DNA of 64,000 bases from Smithella sp. PtaU1.Bin162. Lineage in GTDB: Bacteria; Desulfobacterota; Syntrophia; Syntrophales; Smithellaceae. Below are positions 1-8,669 of the stretch, in pieces; position 1 is the first letter of the stretch; each line of letters starts with the position of its first letter. The translations under genes were made by a program, and so were the position numbers. The DNA lies in NCBI GenBank assembly GCA_002068015.1, contig MVRV01000184.1, positions 13,877 through 77,876 of the forward strand, read 5' to 3'. Below the pieces are notes generated by a model. It saw nothing but the letters and a program-made list of their open reading frames with translations. It was not told the origin of the DNA and did not search any database.

Positions 1-5
1 GATTT

Positions 6-1454
6 ATGAAAATATCGGGTAATATAATAAAAGAAAAGAAGCTTGCGGGAAATAAACAAACCGGTGCGGCACTGGTCGTAATAATTGTTTCCATGACAAT
101 TATTGCCATATTAGGAGCAGGGATACTTTACCTTGTTTCTTCATCTTCATTTTCGGAAGTATTTATCAATAACCGGGAGAAAGCGTATTATCTGGCGCAA
201 GCGGGCAGGCAGTATGCTAAACTTATAATAAACAACCTTCCGGCCGGAGATAGAGTTGCCATTGACGCTGCTCTCAATGGAAAGACATTCACTTTATCAG
301 ACGGCAATAAATTCTATTTGAGTTCGCAAACGGATGATAAACGATCATATTTGGAATCTACAGGAATTGTCAACGAAGGCACTGTACTGGAAACTAAACA
401 AAAGATCATGTTTACAGTGGAGAGCAAAAGGTTCGCGCTGGATGTTTTTGGAGTAGAGTCCGTTCAACTTACAAGCGGAGCAATCATCGACAGTTACGAT
501 TCGTCAGTAGGACCGTATAATGCTACGGTGGGTTCGCCTGCTTTCAATAAAACACAAAAGGCAATCGTCCGGACGAACGGAACGGCCGACGGGTCTATCA
601 ATGTTGTCTATAAAGCAACGAATCCCGCTCAAATCGGAGGTGATGCCGTTTGCGGACCCTGCGGACCGAATCTGGAATACTGCGATCCTCTTGAGGATTA
701 CGGAGTTATCAATGCCGTTTCCCTTAATCCTGCTATTATACTGATTACGGGAACAAGAACTTCCGCAAGCACGACTCAGGCTTATTCAGAAGTTCTTCCT
801 CCCGGCACCTGCACATCTTTTTACACTTGCGGTTCGCCCTTGGGCAACACAGTAACTGTAAAAATAAAGGGAATAAACTATACCTACCTCACAATGACTG
901 GTTCCGGTACAACGAGTGATCCGCATACGCTGAATACCGGTGTTTACAGGACGAATTATTTTAATTTTAATGGCAAAACACTCACGATCAACGGCAATGT
1001 GACATTAATCGTCAGCGAAGCATTTACGAATGACAGTTCCCTCATAACGAGCACCGGCAATCTCAACATGATCAATGCATCCAACATTTACCTTCTGCCT
1101 GATGCGTCACTGGACTTGTATGTGCTGAGAACAGCTACTTTTGGTCAGGACTGCAGAATCAATCCACCCTGTCGAGGAGGCTCAACGGCTGTTCCCTGCG
1201 CCGATGGTTTATCACAGACGCCGGCTACAGCCCTGAGATTTTTGGGCATCACTACCACCCAGCTGAATTTTAATTCACAAGAAACATATGGAGGGGTAAG
1301 TGCGCCCGGGGCAGTATGTTCATATACTGCAGCATCGCATTTTTTTGGAACTGTTTCCTGCAAGACCATAACAATGACCGGTGGTGGCATACACGTTGAT
1401 AAGGCTTTTTCCTCGACCGGCGGGGGTACTGGTGCCGGTAATGTAGTATATTAA
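6..1454 (+). CDS. PilX_N-type minor pseudopilin-like / pilus-associated surface protein (large)
   Basis: The N-terminal hydrophobic helix GAALVVIIVSMTIIAILGAGILYLV is followed by AYYLAQAG, as in PilX N-terminal domains. The long Gly/Thr/Asn/Cys-containing C-terminal part has no catalytic motif. The ATG lies 5 nt from the window edge, so the true start and the upstream pilus genes cannot be seen. Confidence 0.5.
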   Translation: MKISGNIIKEKKLAGNKQTGAALVVIIVSMTIIAILGAGILYLVSSSSFSEVFINNREKAYYLAQAGRQYAKLIINNLPAGDRVAIDAALNGKTFTLSDGNKFYLSSQTDDKRSYLESTGIVNEGTVLETKQKIMFTVESKRFALDVFGVESVQLTSGAIIDSYDSSVGPYNATVGSPAFNKTQKAIVRTNGTADGSINVVYKATNPAQIGGDAVCGPCGPNLEYCDPLEDYGVINAVSLNPAIILITGTRTSASTTQAYSEVLPPGTCTSFYTCGSPLGNTVTVKIKGINYTYLTMTGSGTTSDPHTLNTGVYRTNYFNFNGKTLTINGNVTLIVSEAFTNDSSLITSTGNLNMINASNIYLLPDASLDLYVLRTATFGQDCRINPPCRGGSTAVPCADGLSQTPATALRFLGITTTQLNFNSQETYGGVSAPGAVCSYTAASHFFGTVSCKTITMTGGGIHVDKAFSSTGGGTGAGNVVY

Positions 1455-1519
1455 AAAAGCAGTGCTCCTTGCTTAACGTCATGAAACTAATCATTTGCTG
1501 TCATTATACGTTTAACTAA

Positions 1520-1547
1520 TTGACTTTTTTCCGGGACATGCTATCTT
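1520..1547 (+). promoter_or_regulatory. sigma70-like promoter upstream of pepA
   Basis: TTGACT, then a 16-nt spacer (tttttccgggacatgc), then TATCTT, about 50 nt before the pepA ATG. The TTGACTTTT..CGGG spacer signature is shared with the promoters at 20847 and 23998. Confidence 0.4.
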
Positions 1548-1599
1548 CCTTACCGTTTGAAACTGCCGCAAATCATTAATAATCAGGAGAATATAGTTA

Positions 1600-3090
1600 A
1601 TGAAAATACTTGTTCAAAAAGGAAAACTTCAGGATAACAAAAGCCAGGCGATTATTTTAGCCATGTTTCAGGATCAGAAAAAATTGACGGGAACTTCTTT
1701 GTCGGTTGATCAGGCGAGTCACGGATTAATCTCCGGATTTCTGAAAAATGACGATTTTAGCGGCAAGCCGTCTCAAATAGCCGTGATTTATACTTGTGGA
1801 GCAATTCCGGCGCAAAGGATTGCGCTTGTGGGTTTGGGGAAGAAAAGCGAGGTTAATGCAGAAAGAGTAAGGGCGGCATTCTCGAAAGTAATGCAGTATT
1901 TGCGCAATATAAACGTTAAAAAAGCGGTAACTTACCTGGACTTTAATCTTCTTCCCAGAGAGAAAAATAAGATTGTTCAGGCGATGGTTGAAGGAGTACT
2001 GTTGGGTCTATATCAATATACACCGTACAAAACAGTAGGTCGGGAAGACATCCGCGAGATGGAACAATTAAATATTGTTGCAGATGAAAGTAAATATTCT
2101 TCCGTATCAGCCGAAGTGAAAGAGGTGCAAACCATTGTTGATGCCGTCTGCCTTGCCCGTGACCTTGTCTCCACTCCGGCCAATGAAATGACGCCTTCCA
2201 TTCTGGCTTTTAAAGCAAAAGAAATTGCCCGGAGAAACAATGTCACCTGTAAAATAATAGACAGAGCCGGAATGAAGAAATTGGGTATGAATTCACTCCT
2301 GGGTGTAGCCGCAGGCAGCAAGGAAGAGCCCAAGTTCATAATTTTGGAATATAAGGGCGGTAAAAAAGATAAAGCGCCGGTTGTTCTGGTCGGGAAAGGT
2401 CTTACCTTTGACAGCGGCGGAATAAGCCTGAAACCGGCGGAAAAGATGGATGAAATGAAATCGGATATGGCAGGCGGGGCCGCGGTTATGGCAACCATTA
2501 TAGCGGCGGCCGATCTGCGGCTGCCTATCAATCTTGTCAGTCTCATCCCGGCTACGGAAAATATGCCGGGTGGATTGGCCTTAAAGCCCGGTGATATTTT
2601 AAAATCATATTGCGGAAAAACAATCGAAGTTATTAATACCGATGCCGAAGGAAGACTGATTCTCGCCGATGCACTTTCTTATGCCTCCATTTATAAACCG
2701 GCGGCGGTAATTGATATAGCCACTCTTACCGGCGCTTGCGTCATTGCTCTGGGCGATGATCTTATCGGCATGTTGGGGAAAGACGAAAAACTCAAGGCGC
2801 AAATTAAAAAAGCGGCAAAAAGTACGGGCGAAGAGGTCTGGGAATTGCCTTTATGGGATAATTATTCGGAACTGATCAAAAGTGATATTGCTGATTATAA
2901 AAACACCGGCGGGAGGGTGGCCGGGACAATTACCGGGGCATTGTTTTTGAGTAAATTTGTCGGGGACTACCCTTGGGTTCACCTGGATATTGCAGGGCCG
3001 GCCTGGAGCGGCAAGGACAAGCCGTATATACCGAAAGGAGCCTCCGGAGTTGCCGTGCGCCTGCTTGTAGAATATCTGCGTAACACTTAA
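1600..3090 (+). CDS. pepA: leucyl aminopeptidase (M17 family)
   Basis: Contains the NTDAEGRLILADAL motif and VGKGLTFDSGGISLKP. Full length is 496 aa. An AGGAG Shine-Dalgarno sequence lies upstream. Confidence 0.9.
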   Translation: MKILVQKGKLQDNKSQAIILAMFQDQKKLTGTSLSVDQASHGLISGFLKNDDFSGKPSQIAVIYTCGAIPAQRIALVGLGKKSEVNAERVRAAFSKVMQYLRNINVKKAVTYLDFNLLPREKNKIVQAMVEGVLLGLYQYTPYKTVGREDIREMEQLNIVADESKYSSVSAEVKEVQTIVDAVCLARDLVSTPANEMTPSILAFKAKEIARRNNVTCKIIDRAGMKKLGMNSLLGVAAGSKEEPKFIILEYKGGKKDKAPVVLVGKGLTFDSGGISLKPAEKMDEMKSDMAGGAAVMATIIAAADLRLPINLVSLIPATENMPGGLALKPGDILKSYCGKTIEVINTDAEGRLILADALSYASIYKPAAVIDIATLTGACVIALGDDLIGMLGKDEKLKAQIKKAAKSTGEEVWELPLWDNYSELIKSDIADYKNTGGRVAGTITGALFLSKFVGDYPWVHLDIAGPAWSGKDKPYIPKGASGVAVRLLVEYLRNT

Positions 3091-3105
3091 TATCATAAAA
3101 TTAAC

Positions 3106-4104
3106 ATGCAGCCTTTACTGGAAATTAAAGACCTGGTAACAGTATTTAATACCCAACGCGGCAGGATAAACGCGGTTGACGGTGTATCGTTGAGCCTGCC
3201 GGCGGGAGAAACACTGGGTATAGTCGGCGAATCCGGATGCGGTAAGACCATGCTGGCACTGTCCATAATGCAGCTGATTCCGCAAAACGGCAGTATTGAA
3301 CAAGGCCGCATATTTTTTTGCGGACAAGATTTACTAAAATTATCGCCTGAGGAAATCCGTTTACGGCGCGGCCGGGAAATCGCCATGATCTTCCAGGAGC
3401 CGATGACTTCCTTAAATCCCGTTTTTCGTATTGGTGAACAAATTGCAGAAGCCGTCAGGCTGCATCAAAATCTTTCGTCGAAAGAAGCCCGGGATGTAAG
3501 CATTGAACAATTGCGCGAAGTAGGTATTCCGGATCCGGAGCGAAGAGCTCGTGATTATCCCCATCAATTAAGCGGAGGCATGCGTCAGCGGGTGATGATC
3601 GCCATGGCCATGTCTTGTCATCCCAAACTGCTTCTCGCCGATGAACCGACAACAGCGCTTGATGTAACCATTCAGGCTCAAATTCTGGATTTGATTTCCA
3701 CTCTGAAAGAAAAAAATAATATGGCGGTCATTTTCATCACCCATGATCTCGGGATTGTCGCCCAGACGGCGAAATATGTGGCTGTGATGTATGCCGGGAA
3801 AATTGTGGAGAACTCATGGGCGGAAAGAATATTTACGAATCCTGTGCACCCGTATACTAAAGGTCTCATTGATTCCATCCCTTCCTGCAGCATTGATCCT
3901 TCAAAGGATCGGCGGAAATATTTAAAGACTATACCCGGCTCCGTTCCCAACTTATATAATCTGCCTTGCGGATGCCGCTTCCGGGAGAGATGTTCTGTCG
4001 CCTTTGACCAATGTCTTCGCGAGGAACCACCGCTTATTGAAATTGAATCCGGTCATTTTGTCTCTTGCTGGAGCGCTCAAGGCGTAGGGGGTAAAAAAAT
4101 ATAA
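3106..4104 (+). CDS. oppD: oligopeptide/dipeptide ABC transporter ATP-binding protein (OppD/DppD type)
   Basis: Walker A GESGCGKT, signature LSGGMRQR, Walker B LLLADEPTTALD. The C-terminal Cys-containing oligopeptide-type extension (CGCRFRERC) is present. Confidence 0.85.
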   Translation: MQPLLEIKDLVTVFNTQRGRINAVDGVSLSLPAGETLGIVGESGCGKTMLALSIMQLIPQNGSIEQGRIFFCGQDLLKLSPEEIRLRRGREIAMIFQEPMTSLNPVFRIGEQIAEAVRLHQNLSSKEARDVSIEQLREVGIPDPERRARDYPHQLSGGMRQRVMIAMAMSCHPKLLLADEPTTALDVTIQAQILDLISTLKEKNNMAVIFITHDLGIVAQTAKYVAVMYAGKIVENSWAERIFTNPVHPYTKGLIDSIPSCSIDPSKDRRKYLKTIPGSVPNLYNLPCGCRFRERCSVAFDQCLREEPPLIEIESGHFVSCWSAQGVGGKKI

Positions 4105-5081
4105 TGCCGGAGACTCTAATTGATCTGCAAAACCTGAATAAGATATTTACTTTTACGAGCGGGATATTTAATTCGCAAAACAGAATCGTTCACGCCGTGC
4201 AGAGTATTAATTTGCAGATATGGAAAGGCGAGACGCTGGGGCTCGTCGGCGAGTCGGGATGCGGCAAATCCACCCTGGCTCGTCTGATTGTAGGATTGGA
4301 GAATCCCTCATCCGGTTTTATCTTCTTCCAGGGCGACGATATCAGTTCTTACGATAAAAGAGCCATGAAGATCTATCGGCGCAACGTTCAGTTGATATTT
4401 CAGGATCCTTATTCTTCCCTTAATCCCCGCAAGTCGGCAATCAGCATGGTTAAGGAGCCGTTGATAATTCATCGGTCGGGAAATAGTGATGAACGGCGTA
4501 GACAGGCCACGGAATTAATGGAGAAAGTGGGATTAAGCGCTGAGCAGGCTAACCGCTATCCTCATGAATTCAGCGGGGGGCAGAGACAGCGCATAGGAAT
4601 TGCCAGAGCGCTTATTCTCCAGCCGCAGCTGATTATTGCCGATGAACCTGTTTCCGCGCTCGATGTATCCGTTCAGGCACAGATTTTAAATTTACTTAAG
4701 GATTTGAAACAGGATTTCGGCCTGACCTATTTATTCATATCTCATGACCTTAACGTAATCCGTCATATGGCGGACCGCGTTGCAGTGATGTATTTGGGAC
4801 AAATTGTCGAGCTTGCGGAAAATAGGGATATTTATGAAAGTCCACTGCATCCTTATACGCAGTTACTGCTTTCAGCAGTGCCTGATTGTAATCCCCGAAA
4901 GAAAAGAAAAAAAGTGATAATAAAAGATGAAATAGGACATGGAGGAAATAGGGGCTGTAATTTCCAGGATCGCTGTCCTTATAAATTGCCTCTCTGTAAA
5001 GAGCAACAACCTGTGCTGCAGGAAGTGAATAAACAAAGATTTTGTGCTTGCCATCTGGCTGGATCAATAAGGATGTCTTAA
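4104..5081 (+). CDS. oppF: oligopeptide/dipeptide ABC transporter ATP-binding protein (OppF/DppF type)
   Basis: Walker A GESGCGKST, signature FSGGQRQR, Walker B IIADEPVSALD. The start overlaps the oppD stop (ATAATG junction). Confidence 0.85.
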   Translation: MPETLIDLQNLNKIFTFTSGIFNSQNRIVHAVQSINLQIWKGETLGLVGESGCGKSTLARLIVGLENPSSGFIFFQGDDISSYDKRAMKIYRRNVQLIFQDPYSSLNPRKSAISMVKEPLIIHRSGNSDERRRQATELMEKVGLSAEQANRYPHEFSGGQRQRIGIARALILQPQLIIADEPVSALDVSVQAQILNLLKDLKQDFGLTYLFISHDLNVIRHMADRVAVMYLGQIVELAENRDIYESPLHPYTQLLLSAVPDCNPRKKRKKVIIKDEIGHGGNRGCNFQDRCPYKLPLCKEQQPVLQEVNKQRFCACHLAGSIRMS

Positions 5082-5083
5082 TT

Positions 5084-5701
5084 ATGAGTGAAGAGCAGGT
5101 TTTTATAGAAAATGATAAACTGACGCTGGAAGGTTTGTTGAGCAGGGCAGCAGGAGATGCAGGCATGGTAATCTGCCATCCTCATCCTTTAATGGGTGGT
5201 TCCATGCATAATAATGTTGTGGAAGCCATTCAGAAGGCTTGTGTTCAAGAAAAATACTCCACGCTACGGTTTAATTTCCGCGGTGTAGGTAGGAGTTCCG
5301 GAGAATATGCCGATGGGGTGGGGGAACAGGAAGATATTCTGGCCGCCTGCAAATATTTACAAAATCAGGGGATAGCTGAAATTATTTTTGCGGGATATTC
5401 TTTTGGCGCCTGGGTAGGCGCCAAAATTGTGGAAAAGGATGCCGGCCCTTTTGCCGGCGTTATATTTATTTCGCCGCCCTTAAAGTATTTCCAGTTTGAT
5501 TTTGAAAAATTAAATCATAAAATCAATATCATAATTTGCGGAGAGGAAGATCAGTTCTGTGATTTGGGCCTCTTGAAAAAAAAGACGCCGTACCTCGGTT
5601 GCAACCTGAAAATTATTTCCGGTGCCGATCATTTTTACGCAGGTCGGGAAAATGATCTGGTTAATATTTTACAGGGCAGTCTGGATAGTCTGAAAAAGTA
5701 A
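5084..5701 (+). CDS. alpha/beta-fold hydrolase (COG2945-like)
   Basis: Contains CHPHPLMGGSMHNNVV, the FNFRGVGRSSG motif and a GYSFG nucleophile elbow. I chose the ATG at 5084 over the TTG at 5042, which overlaps oppF. Confidence 0.7.
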   Translation: MSEEQVFIENDKLTLEGLLSRAAGDAGMVICHPHPLMGGSMHNNVVEAIQKACVQEKYSTLRFNFRGVGRSSGEYADGVGEQEDILAACKYLQNQGIAEIIFAGYSFGAWVGAKIVEKDAGPFAGVIFISPPLKYFQFDFEKLNHKINIIICGEEDQFCDLGLLKKKTPYLGCNLKIISGADHFYAGRENDLVNILQGSLDSLKK

Positions 5702-5723
5702 TTAACATATACATAAAAAAAGC

Positions 5724-5751
5724 TTGATTTTAAAAAAATAGATGTTAAAAT
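5724..5751 (+). promoter_or_regulatory. sigma70-like promoter for the cold-shock gene
   Basis: TTGATT, 16 nt, TAAAAT. This implies a 5' UTR of about 200 nt, as in known cspA genes. Confidence 0.4.
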
Positions 5752-5848
5752 CGCCTCCCATGTACGTAAGTCCGCACTTCATATGTTTTTATAAGCGCAA
5801 TGTTGTTAGGAAGTAGTTAGTGTTAAGAAGCAATATAAGCAAAAAAAT

Positions 5849-5900
5849 AAACCGCTGAGAATTCTTAAATTTAATATGAGAATTTGTGCGGTTTTTTTTG
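5849..5900 (+). promoter_or_regulatory. terminator-like hairpin inside the csp leader
   Basis: AAACCGC..(ATTCTTA/TGAGAAT inner helix)..GCGGTTT is followed by a run of T. It lies 56 nt upstream of the csp start codon. Confidence 0.4.
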
Positions 5901-5955
5901 TTTCCGGCGGGTATAAACCCGCAGGGAAGTGAATTTGAAAGGAGGGTTTCGAACT

Positions 5956-6156
5956 GTGGCAGAAGGAAAAGTAAAGTGGTTTAACGAGAAAAAGGGGTTT
6001 GGCTTTATTGAAAATGATGAAGGTGGCGATGTTTTTGTTCATTATAGCGCTATTGCTGGAACAGGATTCAAGACTCTGTATGAGGGTCAGAGAATTCGCT
6101 TTGACATTGAGCAGGGAAATAAAGGTCCCAGCGCAGCAAATGTCCAGCCGCTGTAG
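5956..6156 (+). CDS. cspA: cold-shock protein (CspA family)
   Basis: Contains [15 protein letters not shown] (RNP1) and VFVHYS (RNP2). The GTG start lies 10 nt after GGAGG. The longer track ORF starting at 5929 is probably an over-extension. Confidence 0.9.
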   Translation: MAEGKVKWFNEKKGFGFIENDEGGDVFVHYSAIAGTGFKTLYEGQRIRFDIEQGNKGPSAANVQPL

Positions 6157-6186
6157 TACTTCAATTAATTAAAGTTAACCGGAATG

Positions 6187-6218
6187 AAAATGCCCCGTCT
6201 TAAGGGGCATTTTTTTTG
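6187..6218 (+). terminator. rho-independent terminator after cspA
   Basis: ATGCCCC-gtcttaa-GGGGCAT followed by TTTTTTT. Confidence 0.8.
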
Positions 6219-6295
6219 GCAGGGATGTCAAAAACGGTTCAATTCCTTTTTTACATAAAAAGAACTACCGCTAGGGTATATCTCAAGGCAAGATA

Positions 6296-7210
6296 ATGGC
6301 AAAAAAAATGATTGTAATTCTGGGGACGACGGCATCGGGGAAAACAAGATTGGCCGTGCGTCTTGCCCGTGAGTTGCAGGGCGAAATAATCTCGGCTGAT
6401 TCCCGTCAGGTATATAAAAGCCTGGATATCGGTACAGGCAAGGATTTACAGGAATATATTATTAACGGCTGCAAAGTACCTTATCATTTGATCGATATTA
6501 TCGATGCCCGGGAAGAGTTTAACCTTTTCGAATTCCAAAAAAGGTTTTATGAAATTTACTCCGGGTTGATTGCAAAAAATGCTTTACCGATTATGGTTGG
6601 TGGCACCGGTCTTTATCTGGAATCAATTATCCTGAATTATCAGCTGCCGCCGGCGCCACCCGATCAAGAAACAAGACAGAATTTACAAGGTAAATCCATC
6701 GAAGATTTGCAGAAGGATCTGCTGGATTTGAAGGTGCATCAGCATAATAAAACAGATATGGAAGACAAAGACAGATTAATCCGGGCGATAGAGATTGCAA
6801 GGGCGCGCCTGAGAAAATCTCCGGATTTGATCAAAAAAACTGCTATTGATGCTGCAGTATTCGGTATCCGTTGGGAAAGATCGGTACTGCGGGAACGTAT
6901 TACCTCAAGGTTAAAGCAGAGATTGAAGGAGGGTATGATTAAGGAAGTGAAAATGCTTCAAAAAACCGGCTTGTCCTGGGCACGGCTCGACGCTCTGGGT
7001 CTGGAATACCGTTATGTTTCTCAATTTCTGAGGGGGAAATCAAGTTACGATGAAATGTTTACCCGCTTGAATACCGGCATCCATCAATTTGCCAAGCGTC
7101 AGGAAACATGGTTTAGGCGCATGGAAAGAAAAGGTATCAATATTCACTGGATCAATGGGGATGATTACAACTTGTTGAAAGAAAGCGTAATTCAATCTTT
7201 AAATGAATAA
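6296..7210 (+). CDS. miaA: tRNA dimethylallyltransferase (i6A37)
   Basis: P-loop GTTASGKT, SADSRQVYKSLDIGTGK, PIMVGGTGLY, and the C-terminal FAKRQETWFRR motif. Confidence 0.85.
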   Translation: MAKKMIVILGTTASGKTRLAVRLARELQGEIISADSRQVYKSLDIGTGKDLQEYIINGCKVPYHLIDIIDAREEFNLFEFQKRFYEIYSGLIAKNALPIMVGGTGLYLESIILNYQLPPAPPDQETRQNLQGKSIEDLQKDLLDLKVHQHNKTDMEDKDRLIRAIEIARARLRKSPDLIKKTAIDAAVFGIRWERSVLRERITSRLKQRLKEGMIKEVKMLQKTGLSWARLDALGLEYRYVSQFLRGKSSYDEMFTRLNTGIHQFAKRQETWFRRMERKGINIHWINGDDYNLLKESVIQSLNE

Positions 7211-8555
7211 ACCTTACCTGCTTAATCAATACATAAAAAACTATACGGTTTCGGAAAAGTGGAAATTAACAGCCGGCAATACGGAAAACATATCTCAGGT
7301 CATTGTAATACCTGCTTATGCCGAAAGCGGCATGCTTTTTTCCACATTGGCTTCCCTGGCCCGGAATTCCTCTTCGTCTTTGGATTATTCATTGGTCTTA
7401 TGTGTAATTAACAATAAAATAAATTCTCCCGCTGATGTAAAAGTAAACAATCATCAAACAATGGAGTACCTCGATGCATTAGTGAATAAAAAAAGCGCAA
7501 AGCAGCTGCCGGGAAATAAAAATTTAAAAGAAGCCTTGCAGTTCATTGCCGATGCACGATTGAAATTAGGATACATTGATGCCTCATCAGAAGGGTTGGA
7601 AATTCCCGATAACGAGGGAGGTGTCGGCATGGCACGCAAAATTGGAATGGACACGGCGCTGCGATTACTTTCCCCGAGCGCATCCCACCCGAAGCTGATT
7701 TTGAGTCTGGATGCCGATACTTTGGTGCCGGACAATTACCTGACTGCAATTCATGATTGTTTTCAAGGAAAAATAAATGCGGCAGTTGTTGCTTATGAGC
7801 ATCAGGAGCCGGAAAATGATGAAGAAAAGGCGGCAATTTACTGTTATGAAATATTTTTACGTTACTGGATATTGGGCCTGAAATATGCGAAATCTCCTTA
7901 TGCATTCCACTCTATAGGCTCAACAATGATTTGTTCCGCTGATGCTTATCTGTCCGTCAGAGGAATGAACAGGCGGGAGGCGGGTGAAGACTTCTATTTT
8001 TTAAACAAACTCGCCAAAATTACGAAAATTAAATATATCCAAAATACCTGCGTCTATCCTTCGGCAAGGGCATCGCAGCGCGTTCCGTTTGGAACGGGAA
8101 AGAGGATACACCGGTTTCTTGATGGCAGCCGGAATGAATATGTTTTGTATAATCCTCAAATATTTGAAATATTGGCACGGTGGCTCAAGCTTATGGAAAT
8201 GTCGCTCCATTATAACGAAGAGAATATTTTACGCGAAGCTGGAAGGATCAGTCCTGCACTGGTCAGCTTTTTAATTAACAGCCGTTTCGAAGAATCCTGG
8301 AGAAAAATACGGAACAATGCCAAAAATGATCATACCCTGATTAATCAGTTTCATTGCTGGTTTGACGGGTTTCGAACATTAAAACTGATTAATTATTTAT
8401 CAAGAGAGTCCTATCCTCAAAAGTATATGTTCGATGCTTTGGAAAATTTATTAAAAATGCAGAAGCTGTCTGTTCCTGAATTTTTAAGGAGTGGAAGTCA
8501 GCCGGATCTGGCCCGGCAGAAAAATATTCTCCAATATTTGCGTGGAATTACATGA
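7203..8555 (+). CDS. GT-A fold glycosyltransferase-like protein with a helical C-terminal domain (function unknown)
   Basis: Contains VIVIPAYAE, an SLDADT (DxD-like) motif, AGEDFYFLNKL and RVPFGTG. The start overlaps the miaA stop by 8 nt (ATGAATAA). Confidence 0.55.
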   Translation: MNKPYLLNQYIKNYTVSEKWKLTAGNTENISQVIVIPAYAESGMLFSTLASLARNSSSSLDYSLVLCVINNKINSPADVKVNNHQTMEYLDALVNKKSAKQLPGNKNLKEALQFIADARLKLGYIDASSEGLEIPDNEGGVGMARKIGMDTALRLLSPSASHPKLILSLDADTLVPDNYLTAIHDCFQGKINAAVVAYEHQEPENDEEKAAIYCYEIFLRYWILGLKYAKSPYAFHSIGSTMICSADAYLSVRGMNRREAGEDFYFLNKLAKITKIKYIQNTCVYPSARASQRVPFGTGKRIHRFLDGSRNEYVLYNPQIFEILARWLKLMEMSLHYNEENILREAGRISPALVSFLINSRFEESWRKIRNNAKNDHTLINQFHCWFDGFRTLKLINYLSRESYPQKYMFDALENLLKMQKLSVPEFLRSGSQPDLARQKNILQYLRGIT

Positions 8556-8669
8556 ATAAGAATTGACGTAGGGAAGAGTTATGATTATCTGCTTGACGCG
8601 GCACGGTATTTTAAATATAGCTCACAAATTAAAAAATTAAGTTAACCAACAATTTACCGGAGGGATTTC

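Noticed and set aside
2013-2546. A 177-aa minus-strand ORF. The same applies to 21032..21532 (166 aa) and 4750..5166 (138 aa).
   Set aside because: These are antisense shadows of pepA, trkA and oppF respectively, with no independent support.
5806-6042. A 78-aa minus-strand ORF across the csp leader and start.
   Set aside because: It overlaps the cspA start and its leader hairpins, and its composition is low-complexity. The region is better explained as a 5' UTR.
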